A stretch of DNA of 63,821 nt, filler included, from Callorhinchus milii (lineage: Eukaryota), in the NCBI RefSeq assembly GCF_018977255.1. It is 6 parts of 6 records of this genome, joined end to end, with 100 filler letters (N's around TTAATTAATTAA, not from the genome) between each part and the next. Parts side by side here need not be neighbours in the genome. Positions count along the whole stretch, not along the records: positions 10,717 to 20,625 come from NW_024705111.1; positions 20,726 to 28,048 come from NW_024705126.1; 4 more parts are not named here. The stretch is one strand, 5' to 3'. Under the pieces are notes generated by a model that did not search any database, had not been told where the DNA came from, and saw only the letters and a list, made by a program, of their open reading frames with translations. Below are positions 10,959 to 23,700 of this stretch, piece after piece. A program made the translations under genes and the position numbers. Within the stretch, counting starts at the first letter, position 1. The number at the start of each line of letters is the position of its first letter.

Positions 10959-13165
10959 GCTCCCTAAAAACCCAAACCCAGCTGCTCGAGCGCAGATGGC
11001 GGAAAACTGGCCTCAGTCCATCCCAACTGTGGCTCGAGCATCTCCACAGCTACCGCTGTCCTTTGACACGCGCATAAACTGCTTCTACCCCAACATCATC
11101 TTGGAGGCTAAACACAAACCTAAAATCCTTTTTTCCACCGCCCACTACCTACTCCGTGGCCCCCCTCAGGCCCCCAATCTTCACATCCAATGCCAAGTGC
11201 GAGGAGGTCATGGACTCATCTAAAATACACAACATCCGCCAGGCAGCCTCATCCTCCTGCCTCTTGTCACCCACCACCACGCCCTCTCTGCCCCCCTCAC
11301 CCTCCCCATCATCTGCTCCTACCACCACCCCCATCCTACATTCCTTCCTCCCCATCTCTCCCTCCTCCCTCTCACCCACCATCACCTCCATGAAACCCAC
11401 CACCTACTGCCTCGACCCCCTCCCCACCAACTTTCTGGTCACACAGCTCCCCCTCCTCTGCCCACTACTGGCTGACGTCATCAACCAGTCCCTCTCCTCC
11501 GGATCAGTCCCTGACCCCCTCAAAACTGCTGTCATCACCCCCCTCCTCAAAAAACCCTCCCGAGATCCCTCAAACCCCGGCCACTATCGCCATATATCTA
11601 ACCTGCTCTTCCTCGTAAAAGTCCCAGATCGCGTTGTTGCCAACCAACTCCGCGCACACCTCTCCTCCCACTCCCTCTTCGAACCCCTCCAGTCCGGTTT
11701 CCGCCCACCGGACAGTACAGAGACTACGCTTGTGAAAGTCACAAACGACATCCTCTCTATCTGTGACCGGGGCTCCCTCTGCCTCCTTGTCCTCCTGGAC
11801 CTCTCCGCCACGTTCGACACAGTCGATCACTCCATCCTCCTCCACCGCCTTTCCTCCATCATCCACCTCAGTGGGACCGCACTCGCCCGGTTCGAGTCCT
11901 ACCTCACAAACCGCCAGCAGTACATCTGCACAAACGGCTTCTCCTCCCCCTCTCACCCGGTCACCTGCGGGTACCCCAAGGATCCATCCTTGGCCCCCTC
12001 CTCTTTCTGATCTATATGCCCCCTCTTGGGGATGGGGTACATGGGGTACATTTCCACATGTATGCGGACGACACCCAACTCTATTTTTCCACCTCCGGCC
12101 TCCCCTCCACTGCCATCCATAAAATGCAGATCATTCAAACCTCTGCCGCCCGCATTCTCACCCGCACCAAACCCCTCTCCCCGATCCCCCCAGTCCTGGC
12201 CCTCCCCCCACACCCAAACCCCACTCCCCGATCCCCCCAGTCCTGGCCCTCCCCCCACCCCAAACCCCTCCCCGATCCCCCCAGTCCTGGCCCTCCCCCC
12301 CCCCCCCCCCCCCCCCCCCCCTGCCCTCCCCCCACCCCCAAACCCCACTCCCCGATCCCCCCAGTCCTGGCCCTCCCCCCCACACCCAAACCCCACTCCC
12401 CGATCCCCCCAGTCTGGCCCCTCCCCCCCACACCCAAACCCTCTCCCCGATCCCCCCACCCCCCCCCCCAACCCCCTCTCCCCGATCCCCCAGTCCTGGC
12501 CCTCCCCCCCCACCCAAACCCCACTCCCCGACCCCCCAGTCCTGGCCCTCCCCCCCACACCCAAACCCCACTCCCCGATCCCCCCAGTCCTGGCCCTCCC
12601 CCCCACACCCAAACCCCCTCCCCGATCCCCCAGTCCTGGCCCTCCCCCCCACACCCAAACCCACTCCCCGATCCCCCCAGTCCTGGCCCTCCCCCACACC
12701 CAAACCCCACTCCCCGATCCCCCAGTCCTGGCCCTCCCCCCCCACACCCAAACCCCACTCCCCGATCCCCCCAGTCCTGGCCCTCCCCCCCACACAAACC
12801 CCTCTCCCGATCCCCCAGTCCTGGCCCTCCCCCACCCAAACCCCACTCCCCGATCCCCCCAGTCCTGGTCAGACTGCACCGGCTCCTGTCCGGAGAGGAT
12901 CCACTTCAAGATCCTCACTCTTGTCTTCAAATCCCTCCACTCCTCTGCCCCTCCGACCTCTCTGACCTCCTCTCTCCTCACAACAGTACCCGTTGCCTTC
13001 GTTCCTCAGGTCTGACCTCCTCCTCGTCCCCCGCTCCCCCCTCGGTGGCTGTGCCTTCAGCCACTGCGTCCCGAGGCTCTGGAACTCCCTCCCTCACTCC
13101 CTTCCCCTCACCCCCTCTCTTCCCATTCTCAGGTCTCGGCTGAAGACCTTTTTTTTCTGCTGCGA
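10940..13165 (+). mobile_element. L2-clade LINE ORF2 (reverse transcriptase), degenerate and internally deleted
   Basis: [96 protein letters not shown]; frameshifts; the region between YADD and QTSAAR is missing. Confidence 0.93.
12168..12870. repeat. ~44-48-bp C-rich minisatellite (~15 copies) expanded inside the L2
   Basis: Unit cccagtcctggccctccccccacacccaaaccccactccccgatcc, seeded by the L2 TKPxSPIxPVL codons. Confidence 0.9.
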
Positions 13166-13179
13166 CATTGGTCACCTTC

Positions 13180-13390
13180 GCCCCCTCCCCCTCCCCTGGC
13201 TCCTCCCCCTCCCCTTAGCTCCTCCCACTCCCCCTGGCTCCTCCCCTCCCCTGGCTCCTCCCGCTCCCATTGGCTCCTCCCCCTCCCCTGGCTCCTCCCC
13301 CTCTCCTGGCTCCTCCCTCTCCTGGCTCCTCCCCCTGCCTCCCCCTCCCCTGGCTCCTCCCCCTCCATCTGGCTCCTCCCCCTCCACCCT
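13180..13390. repeat. Polypyrimidine low-complexity repeat (ctggctcctccccctccc)
   Basis: Short C/T-rich units after the L2 3' end. Confidence 0.8.
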
Positions 13391-13897
13391 TGTACGGTTC
13401 CCAGTTCCCTATCACCCAAAGGTATCGGGTATTATTGTACGGTTCCCAGTTCGCTATCACCCAAAGGTATCGGGTATTATTGTACGGTTCCCAGTTCCCT
13501 ATTACCCAAAGGTATCGGGTATTATTGTACGGTTCCCAGTTCGCTATCACCCAAAGGTATCCGGGTATTATTGTACATCACCCAAAGGTATCCGGGTATT
13601 ATTGTACGGTTCCCAGTTCGCTATCACCCAAAGGTATCGGGTATTATTGTACGGTTCCCAGTTCGCTATCACCCAAAGGTATCGGGTATTATTGTACGGT
13701 TCCCAGTTCCCTATTACCCAAAGGTATCGGGTATTATTGTACGGTTCCCAGTTCGCTATCACCCAAAGGTATCCGGGTATTATTGTACGGTTCCCAGTTC
13801 CCTATTACCCAAAGGTATCCGGGTATTATTGTACGGTTCCCAGTTCCCTATTACCCAAAGTATCTATATACGGCGTATCCGGGTATTATTGTACGGT
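13391..13897. repeat. 45/46-bp minisatellite (~11 copies)
   Basis: Unit tgtacggttcccagttc(g/c)ctat(c/t)acccaaaggtat(c)cgggtattat; period 45 (13391, 13436). Confidence 0.95.
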
Positions 13898-14349
13898 TAG
13901 AGTTGTTGAAATCGTAGTCTGGATCTTCCTTCTTTAGAAACTGGAATATGGTTCGCGACTCCAAGTTCCCATCTCTTCTTTCTCTTTTCGAATCGATCTC
14001 CGTTTATACTGTTGATTAGGTGACCTTCACCTGTTGTCTTTTGTAAGATGGTTCCTATGTAAAAGGAAATGCCACACAGCTCTCTCTCTCTCCAGCTGCA
14101 GACCAGTCTCCATGAGGAAATGACTGACAAGGAATGAGAACAGTTATTGTTTATAAAGAGTCTTTTGTTTCTCCTTCTTCAGCAAGAATCTTCTTTGAAG
14201 CTCGTCACAACCAACTCTCCTCATAGGAGATGACCACATGTCTCAAATATATATATTAACATTGCTAAGAGAAGTTGAGAGCTTATTTAACACATTAATT
14301 ACAGAAATCCTGCATTTTACAGAAACTCAGTTGGTTGTATTCTTGGCTG

Positions 14350-15120
14350 GAGTCAGAAGATTGGGGGTCGGGGGTTTGAGCCCCATATCAAGGCTGTATT
14401 GAGTGAGCTCCCAGTCCAGGCTGACAGTGCAGGGCTGAGCTGACACTTTACCCCGAGCACTGAGTTTGTGATCCTCAACGCTGTATGGCCAGTGCATCTG
14501 GTTTGTGTGTTTATCAGTGGCATTTGGGAGGGTGTTTTCAGCCATTGTTGGAGTTTTATGTGGACGTTTTGCTGACTGTGTTGAGATTTTGCTGATGTGT
14601 GTGTACATGGAGGGAGGGAGACTGACGTGTGTGCAGTTGGCGAGTGACGGGGTAAAGCTCCCCTCAGACTCCTGACTGGACAGGGAACCATTTTTTTGGA
14701 GGAGCTGAACTGGCCCCACGGTGACATGTTTGACAGTGGAACGTGGGAATCAAGGCCCCCCCTCTGTGCCGGTCTCTCGGCCGGTTCCTGAGCCGGGAGG
14801 GGCCGCGGGATTCCAGGGCACTCACTGCTGATGGCAGCACAGCCCGGCCCGGCTCACCACAGGGCCTGGAAGGACAGACCAGGGGTCACTGGGGCCGGGA
14901 ATCCTCCCCTCAGCTCCTGGTAACCCCACAGCCAAAGCCCTAACTAATGGGGAGGGAGGTCCGAGCTGGACAAGCAGCGGGAAAGCTGCCGGACAGTGGT
15001 ATCAGTGGTCACTCAATCCACAGCTGTTTGTGAGATGCTGTGCACCATTGGCTGCCACATTTCACCCACAAATGTGCAGTCACTATGTGATGTGTGACAG
15101 TGTTGGGGATGTGATGTGAC
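14350..15120 (+). mobile_element. Fragmented DeuSINE relic(s)
   Basis: GAGTCAGAAG..GGTTTGAGCCC head, GGCTGACAGTGCAG, and Deu core TGTGCACCATTGGCTGCCACATTTC near 15040. Confidence 0.5.
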
Positions 15121-15509
15121 TGACATCAGCTAATTGTCTGTCACAACCTCAGCTCATTAATCAATATACTCACACTGATAGCAACACACACTCACAGACG
15201 TTCACACACACTCATTCACACACACAGACAACAACAACAAGATTACATTTATAGAGCACCTTTCACGTCGGGAGGATTTCCCAAAGCGCTGACACCAACA
15301 CACACACATTCCCACACACATACACACACACTAACAGACAGACACCAAGACAACCTCACACACCTACACATACACCAATACACATACTCACACACCAATA
15401 CGCAGACATTCACACACGCACTCAAAATACAACACATATACACACCAATACACACACTCACAAACATACCAACGCACACACACTAACTCGCACGGTGTGA
15501 GGATATTAA

Positions 15510-15705
15510 AAAATAATAATTCTTGCATTTGATACAGCGCCTTATCATGTCGTTGAGACGTCTCAAAGCGCTTCACACGATATACTGTAAAATAGTGACT
15601 GTATATTTTGTGGAAAAAACGCGGCAGCCAATTGCACACAGCAGCGTCTCACACACAGTCGTGGATTGAGTGAACAATTGTTTTTTGAAGGGATTATTTC
15701 CCCTG
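15510..15705 (-). mobile_element. DeuSINE 3' half
   Basis: TTCTTGCATTTGATACAGCGC..CAAAGCGCTTCAC..CGCGGCAGCCAATTGCACACAGC, as in 373-696. Confidence 0.85.
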
Positions 15706-15810
15706 GAAAGCGATCCACCAATCGACCTACTGACCGCTGACACCAACACTAACACTGACAGGTTGACACTGACACTGACATTGACACTGAGTGCTGAGGC
15801 TCAGGTGACA

Positions 15811-18800
15811 CTGGGGTTGGGGCTGAGCTGACAGGCTGAGCTGGGTTGGGGATGGGGGCTGACAGGCTGAGCTGGGTTGGGGATGGGGGCTGACAGGCTG
15901 AGCTGGGTTGGGAATTGGGGCTGATGCGCTGAGCTGGGTTGGGGCTGAGCTGACAGGCTGAGCTGGGTTGGGGATGGGGGCTGACGGGCTGAGCTGGGTT
16001 GGGATGGGGGCTGACAGGCTGAGCTGGGTTGGGGATGGGGGCTGACGGGCTGAGCTGGGTTGGGGATGGGGGCTGACAGGCTGAGCTGGGTTGGGGATGG
16101 GGGCTGACAGGCTGAGCTGGGTTGGGGCTGAGCTGACGGGCTGAGCTGGGTTGGGGCTGAGCTGACAGGCTGAGCTGGGTTGGGGCTGAGCTGACAGGCT
16201 GAGCTGGGTTGGGGATGGGGGCTGACAGGCTGAGCTGGGTTGGGGATGGGGGCTGACGGGCTGAGCTGGGTTGGGGATGGGGGCTGACATGCTGAGCTGG
16301 GTTGGGCCTGGGGGCTGACGGGCTGCGCTGGGTTGGGGCTGAGCTGACGGGCTGAGCTGGGTTGGGGCTGAGCTGACAGGCTGAGCTGGGTTGGGGATGG
16401 GGGCTGACGGGCTGAGCTGGGTTGGGCCTGGGGGCTGACGGGCTGCGCTGGGTTGGGGCTGAGCTGACGGGCTGAGCTGGGTTGGGGCTGAGCTGACAGG
16501 CTGAGCTGGTTGGGATGGGGCTGACGGGCTGAGCTGGGTTGGGGCCTGGAGCTGACAGGCTGAGCTGGTTTGGGGATGGGGGCTGACGGGCTGAGCTGGG
16601 TGGGGATGGGGCTGACAGGCTGAGCTGGGTTGGGATGGGCTGACAGGCTCAGCTGGGTTGGGGCTGAGCTGACAGGCTGAGCTGGGTTGGGGCTGAGCTG
16701 ACGGGCTGAGCTGGGTTGGGGATGGGGGCAGACTGGCTGAGCTGGGTTGGGGATGGGGGCTGACGGGCTGAGCTGGGTTGGGGCTGAGCTGACAGGCTGA
16801 GCTGGGTTGGGCCTGGGGGCTGATGCGCTGAGCTGGGTTGGGGCTGAGCTGACAGGCTGAGCTGGGTTGGGGATGGGGGCTGACAGGCTGAGCTGGGTTG
16901 GGGATGGGGGCTGACAGGCTGAGCTGGGTTGGGAATGGGGGCTGATGCGCTGAGCTGGGTTGGGGCTGAGCTGACAGGCTGAGCTGGGTTGGGGAATGGG
17001 CTGACGGGCTGAGCTGGGTTGGGCTGAGCTGACAGGACTGAGCTGGGTTGGGGATGGGGCTGATGGCTGAGCTGGGTTGGGACTGAGCTGACAGGTGAGC
17101 TGGGTTGGGCCTGGGGGCTGATGCGCTGAGCTGGGTTGGGGCTGAGCTGACAGGGTGAGCTGGGTTGGGCCTGGGGGCTGCTGCGCTGAGCTGGGTTGGG
17201 GCTGAGCTGACAGGCTGAGCTGGGTTGGGCCTGGGAGCTGACAGGCTGAGCTGGGTTGGGGATGGGGGCTGACAGCCTGAGCTGGGTTGGGGCTGAGCTG
17301 ACAGGCTGAGCTGGTTGGGCTGAGCTGACAGGCTGAGCTGGGTTGGGGATGGGGGCTGACAGCCTGAGCTGGGTTGGGGCTGAGCTGACAGGCTGAGCTG
17401 GGTTGGGGCTGAGCTGACAGGCTGAGCTGGGTTGGGACTGAGCTGACAGGCTGAGCTGGGTTGGGGCTGAGCTGACGGGCTGAGCTGGGTTGGGGATGGG
17501 GGCTGACGGGCTGAGCTGGGTTGGGGCTGAGCTGACAGGCTGAGCTGGGTTGGGGATGGGGGCTGACAGGCTGAGCTGGGTTGGGGATGGGGCTGACAGG
17601 CTGAGCTGGGTTGCGCTGAGCTGACAGGCTGAGCTGGGTTGGGCCTGGGGCTGATGCGCTGAGCTGGGTTGGGGCTGAGCTGACAGGCTGAGCTGGGTTG
17701 GGGATGGGGGCTGACGGGCTGAGCTGGGTTGGGGCTGAGCTGACAGGCTGAGCTGGGTTGGGGATGGGGCTGACAGGCTGAGCTGGGTTGGGGATGGGGG
17801 CTGACAGGCTGAGCTGGGTTGGGGCTGAGCTGACAGGCTGAGCTGGGTTGGGCCTGGGAGCTGACAGGCTGAGCTGGGTTGGGCTGGGGCTGACAGGCTG
17901 AGCTGGGTTGGGGGCTGAGCTGACAGGCTGAGCTGGGTTGGGCTGAGCTGACAGGCTGAGCTGGGTTGGGGCTGAGCTGACAGGCTGAGCTGGGTTGGGG
18001 CTGAGCTGACAGGCTGAGCTGGGTTGGGCCTGGAGCTGACAGGCTGAGCTGGGTTGGGCCTGGGGGCTGACAGGCTGAGCTGGGTTGGGCCTGGGGCTGA
18101 CAGGCTGAGCTGGGTTGGGGATGGGGCTGACAGGCTGAGCTGGGTTGGGCCTGGGGCTGACGGGCTGAGCTGGGTTGGGCCTGGGAGCTGACAGGCTGAG
18201 CTGGGTTGGGCCTGGGGGCTGACAGGCTGAGCTGGGTTGGGCCTGGGAGCTGACAGGCTGAGCTGGGTTGGGCTGGGAGCTGACAGGCTGAGCTGGGTTG
18301 GGGATGGGAGCTGACAGGCTGAGCTGGGTTGGGCCTGGGGGCTGACAGGCTGAGCTGGGTGGGCCTGGGAGCTGACAGGCTGAGCTGGGTTGGGCCTGGG
18401 AGCTGACAGGCTGAGCTGGGTTGGGCCTGGGAGCTGACAGGCTGAGCTTGGTTGGGGATGGGAGCTGACAGGCTGAGCTGGGTTGGGCCTGGGAGCTGAC
18501 AGGCTGAGCTGGGTTGGGCCTGGGAGCTGACAGGCTGAGCTGGGTTGGGATGGGGCTGACAGGCTGAGCTGGGTTGGGGATGGGAGCTGACAGGCTGAGC
18601 TGGTTGGGCCTGGGAGCTGACAGGCTGAGCTGGGTTGGGGATGGGGGCTGACAGGCTGAGCTGGGTTGGGCCTGGGAGCTGACAGGCTGAGCTGGGTTGG
18701 GGATGGGGCTGACAGGCTGAGCTGGGTTGGGAATAGGCTGACAGGCTGAGCTGGGTTGGATGGGGGCTGACAGGCTGAGCTGGGTTGGGAATGGGGGCTG

Positions 18801-20237
18801 ACGGGCTGAGCTGGGTTGGGGCTGAGCTGACAGACTGAGCTGGGTTGGGGATGGGGGCTGATGGGCTGAGCTGGGTTGGAGCTGAGCTGACAGGGTGAGC
18901 TGGGTTGGGCCTGGGGGCTGATGCGCTGAGCTGGGTTGGGGCTGAGCTGACAGGGTGAGCTGGGTTGGGCCTGGGGGCTGCTGCGCTGAGCTGGGTTGGG
19001 CTGAGCTGACAGGCTGAGCTGGGTTGGGATGGGGGCTGACAGGCTGAGCTGGGTTGGGAAATAGGGCTGACAGGCTGAGCTGGGTTGGGGATGGGGCTGA
19101 CAGGCTGAGCTGGGTTGGGATGGGGGCTGACAGGCTGAGCTGGGTTGGGAATAGGGCTGACAGGCTGAGCTGGGTTGGGAATAGGGCTGACAGGCTGAGC
19201 TGGGTTGGGGATGGGGGCTGACAGGCTGAGCTGGGTTGGGCCTGGGGGCTGACAGGCTGAGCTGGGTTGGGATGGGAGCTGACGGGCTGAGCTGGGTTGG
19301 GGATGGGGGCTGACAGGCTGAGCTGGGTTGGGATGGGGGCTGACAGGCTGAGCTGGGTTGGGCCTGGGAGCTGACAGGCTGAGCTGGGTTGGGGATGGGG
19401 CTGACAGGCTGAGCTGGGTTGGGGATGGGGGCTGACAGGCTGAGCTGGGTTGGGATAGGGCTGACAGGCTGAGCTGGTTGGGGATGGGGGCTGACAGGCT
19501 GAGCTGGGTTGGGGATGGGGGCTGACAGGCTGAGCTGGGTTGGGATGGGGCTGACAGGCTGAGCTGGGTTGGGCCTGGGAGCTGACAGGCTGAGCTGGGT
19601 TGGGGATGGGAGCTGACAGGCTGAGCTGGGTTGGGGATGGGAGCTGACAGGCTGAGCTGGGTTGGGGATGGGGGCTGACAGGCTGAGCTGGGTTGGGGAT
19701 GGGGGCTGACAGGCTGAGCTGGGTTGGGCCTGGGAGCTGACAGGCTGAGCTGGGTTGGGGATGGGGGCTGACAGGCTGAGCTGGGTTGGGCCTGGGAGCT
19801 GACAGGCTGAGCTGGGTTGGGATGGGGCTGACAGGCTGAGCTGGGTTGGGGATGGGGGCTGACAGGCTGAGCTGGGTTGGGCCTGGGAGCTGACAGGCTG
19901 AGCTGGGTTGGGGATGGGGGCTGACAGGCTGAGCTGGGTTGGGATGGGGGCTGACAGGCTGAGCTGGGTTGGGCCTGGGAGCTGACAGGCTGAGCTGGGT
20001 TGGGGATGGGGGCTGACAGGCTGAGCTGGGTTGGGCCTGGGGCTGACAGGCTGAGCTGGGTTGGGATGGGGGCTGACAGGCTGAGCTGGGTTGGGCCTGG
20101 GGCTGACAGGCTGAGCTGGGTTGGGCCTGGGGCTGACAGGCTGAGCTGGGTTGGGCCTGGGAGCTGACAGGCTGAGCTGGGTTGGGGATGGGGGCTGACA
20201 GGCTGAGCTGGGTTGGGGATGGGGGCTGACGGGCTGC
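15811..20237. repeat. G-rich ~29-32-bp tandem satellite, ~4.4 kb (~140 units)
   Basis: Constant ctgacaggctgagctgggttgg plus variable ggatggggg / ggctgag / gcctgggag / gcctggggg. Confidence 0.97.
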
Positions 20238-20625
20238 GCCGGTTCTTTCTGTGAAGCTGTTAAATTAAGTTTCATTTCTGCCTTCTCAGTCACCATGTGG
20301 GCGGCCACATTTCCTGTGTATAAATCTCCTGCTCACTCCCCTCCCTTCCTGTCACAGTCTACACGCAGCCCAGTATCAGACACCCTCGGTGCCCACATGA
20401 GCAGGCGGGGAGAGGGCAAGGGGTGGGCAAGGCAAACCCCCAGGCAGTTCGGGGGTTAACCCCAGTCAGGCACCCCCACAGGAGATGGCCAGGACCCAGG
20501 GGCTGCCAACATCCGCAAGAGGGGCAATAGGAACAACGCCAGGAACAGTGCAGGACAACAGGGCACCAGTGAGGATGGGAACAGTGGGGGAGCGGGTAAT
20601 GAGGAGGTTGTGGTGAAAAGCAAAG

Positions 20626-20725
20626 NNNNNNNNNNNNNNNNNNNNNNNNNNNNNNNNNNNNNNNNNNNNTTAATTAATTAANNNNNNNNNNNNNNNNNNN
20701 NNNNNNNNNNNNNNNNNNNNNNNNN
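20626..20725. other. Artificial contig spacer
   Basis: Same 100-nt N/TTAATTAATTAA/N linker. Confidence 0.99.
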
Positions 20726-23700
20726 TTGACCATGAGCCAGTCGCTTAACTGCTCCTCCTAAAATCTGATGATTCCGTGATAAATGCGGTAATTTGTGGCA
20801 AGATATCTCAGTCGGTGATCAATCCTTTAATTGACCCAAATGCGACTCTTGGACGCCGCTATCCAAGGGGCAGTCTTTACGCCAACCCCCGTCCACGATT
20901 CGGATAGTTCTCAGCCGGAATACTATCCCCGTTGCCAGCTTAGCGTCGCAAAGGGCATCATGATCATTAGGCTAGACCAATGGAAGTCGAAAGGAAGCCC
21001 GGTTTTTCCGGCATCACCCTATCAGGACCTAAGGCCCGGTTAAAATCTTCAGGTTCATAGCGAAGCTCCCTAGAACACGAGGTCACTGTCGTTACTTCGA
21101 TATAAGGGGTGGAAGCATGTCATCAGTGCCAATCCAACGCGATGTCGAGACGGTGGCAGGCATTACGATACCTTTTAATTTTTCGCATTTGGATACCTCG
21201 ACCTCACACCCTGTATGAGATGATGGTTCTCCGATCAAACCTGCGGGATAAAAGTACACGGAGGCGTCACCAAACTTGGCATCGCGTTCCTACAACGTAC
21301 ATTAAGGTAATTGGCCGTAACACTCAATCGAATCAGTTTACAGGTGTGCCTATCGCCCACTGGTTCTGGGTAAGTTACGGATTTTCCTAAGGAAACTTTC
21401 GGGTTATTACACAACTGTGACCAGTAGGGTCGTAGGCATGAACCAACACTCAATGTATGTTTTATAAGTTCACGATTGGGCGGGGGGGCTGGAGAATGCG
21501 CCGTCATTCTAATCCCTCAGACTCTCATAATCGATTCAGAGGGTACGCCGGTTAGTCCGCCTGATGTGGAGACTACGCCGTTCTCGGGCAACCCGAGGAT
21601 CCGAGCTGACGCTGACATGCAAGCATCACCGCCTTTATCCGCGGAACTTCCTCGAGAGCCGCGCTGGGCCCAGTCATCCACCAAGGTGGGCTTATCGAGT
21701 TCGTAGCGCAACGCTTCAAAGTGTGGCGCCCCAGCGACCAGGTCTATGTCTAATTTATGCCTGATCGATAATTGCCGGTGGCCATAGTTGCGTTCAGAGA
21801 TTTTGCTACTTCAGGTGTTAAACTTTCATGATGGGCGTTCTTATACTTAATAAGACCCCAGAACGCTTACCGCAAAACTAGTCTGATGGTCAGCAGATCC
21901 CCTCGTGTAGAGAAGTTAATGCCCTTGAATTGCCTCGGTATGGCCGATTTAAAACTAGCCCAGCTCCGACATCGTCCTGACTGAGAGGTTGAGAAGGTTT
22001 CACCGAAAGGGAAAATTTAGACCAAAAGTTGCAATTGCCAGAGCGATTAGCGAGTCTGCAAGACAGAGTTTGGGGAATGTCCTGTTATGGGGATTGAGTT
22101 CCGGGATCCATCTATTGTTTGTTAGTTTGCCAAGAGAAGGGTTGTGAGGTGGACAAACGCGCGATACATAACGGCCTGCGTTATCATGGGCACTCAATGT
22201 TGAAGCTAGTAGTAGATACCATATAGAATGAATTCATGGGTTTGGTAAGGGTGGGTGAGCACCTGAGTGTCAAAAAACAACTTGACGCAATCCGTCTTGA
22301 TGTTGGTCGACTTAACCGATCCAATGTGTAGTCCACGCGAACTGTAGACTGATAATAACCGCATGAAGACTGGCGGCCAAATCAGTCACGCGTTGAAGAG
22401 CCAAATAGTGTTCTAAACGGGGTCATCTCTCCGAGCGGACCACCATAATCCCTTTTCTTAGGAATCGTTAACACCAAGTCAAGGACCTGAGAAATATCGC
22501 TTGATATTAACATACTCAGATTGAGAACCCTCTGCATTGACTGTGTACACACTAATTTGCTTCCTGTGGATCCTTTGAATTTTTGCTTTGCGTTGTTGCT
22601 TTCACGTGCTGTTCAATCGCAGAGTAGGCTGCGCTATGAGCTAATTGTGTCGATCGTGGGGGTCGACACGAAGACGTAGCATTAACACAAGTAGAGAAGG
22701 TTACGGCATGGTAAACCCTCGAATGTATCAAAGAAACTCCGGCAGTAACGTGAGCTAGGGCTGTTCCATCATATACTCAGAGCAACATCCTATATACTTA
22801 GATTTACCGGAAGATTAAATCTTGACTTGTTCGTTCTAGCCGAAACTCACGCTAAGAATTAATCCTAGATACCCGTTGTGCTGAGTCTGGAGCGAGAGTC
22901 CACGATAGTAGAAACAGAACCGCTTGAGGCATACTCAAGGGTTCAGTTCGCTTGAGGCATCTAGGGGAACCCCTAGTTCCTCGCTTATTGGCCACCCGTA
23001 CCCATGGATGCGGTAAAGTACTCAGGGACTCACCTGAGGTGTGCTTTGCATTCATCGCTAGCTCAGCGTGTGCCTCACCTGACGTTGAAAGAGTTCTCGG
23101 CCCGCGTTTACGGGCTTTTCGACGATGCGCGTTTTATTCGAGTTCGTCGAACTCGACGTGTACGACTCACTGGTGATATTGCGTAAGATCGACTTCCGGT
23201 TAGTACAGAACCGCTCGCGCTCACCATGTCAGATACCACAAAGAGAGAAATTCAATTCGGTAACCGCCCCGCCTCGTACGAAACTTTAAGTTGCCACTAA
23301 GTGCCTTACGGCCGTCCTGCGATCCATAATTTTTCATGCGCAACTGGAAGCTTGGGCATGAGGTGACCGTGAACGCGAATGCACGGCGTAATTATGCAGC
23401 ATGGACCAATCCTGCCAGCCGCCAAGAGCCTCAATGGTGGGACTTGGGTTTTGCACGGACTGAGGCATGCCATGGGGTAGATCGCTTACACACGCCAATT
23501 GTGTGTGGGGCTTCCCTATCGGGTTGGGAGCAACACTCCGGCGACCGACATATCAAAATGTAGATTGTCGTCCGAGGTTGGCGTCTAAACATACTCTGCC
23601 TGCCTAAAGACGTCCGCCTGAGCTACCAACAACGCCGTAAGGCCTTCATGTGGGGTACTAATCTCGATGTGAACGTAGCATCGTCTTGGGGATCGCGTCA

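Noticed and set aside
13391..13897. CRISPR-like regular array
   Set aside because: Units are contiguous with no unique spacers; no cas genes; vertebrate context
11953..13937. Multiple Pro-rich and Gly-rich ORFs
   Set aside because: Translations of C-rich minisatellites open in several frames at once
13900..14320. Possible LTR fragment ending ..TTTTACA
   Set aside because: Only one candidate terminus; no PBS, PPT or second copy
16649..20308. 1219-aa ORF (PAQPVS/QPSSAC/TQLSLS)
   Set aside because: The satellite unit has no minus-strand stop codons, and the translation drifts through all three frames of the unit; a repeat artefact
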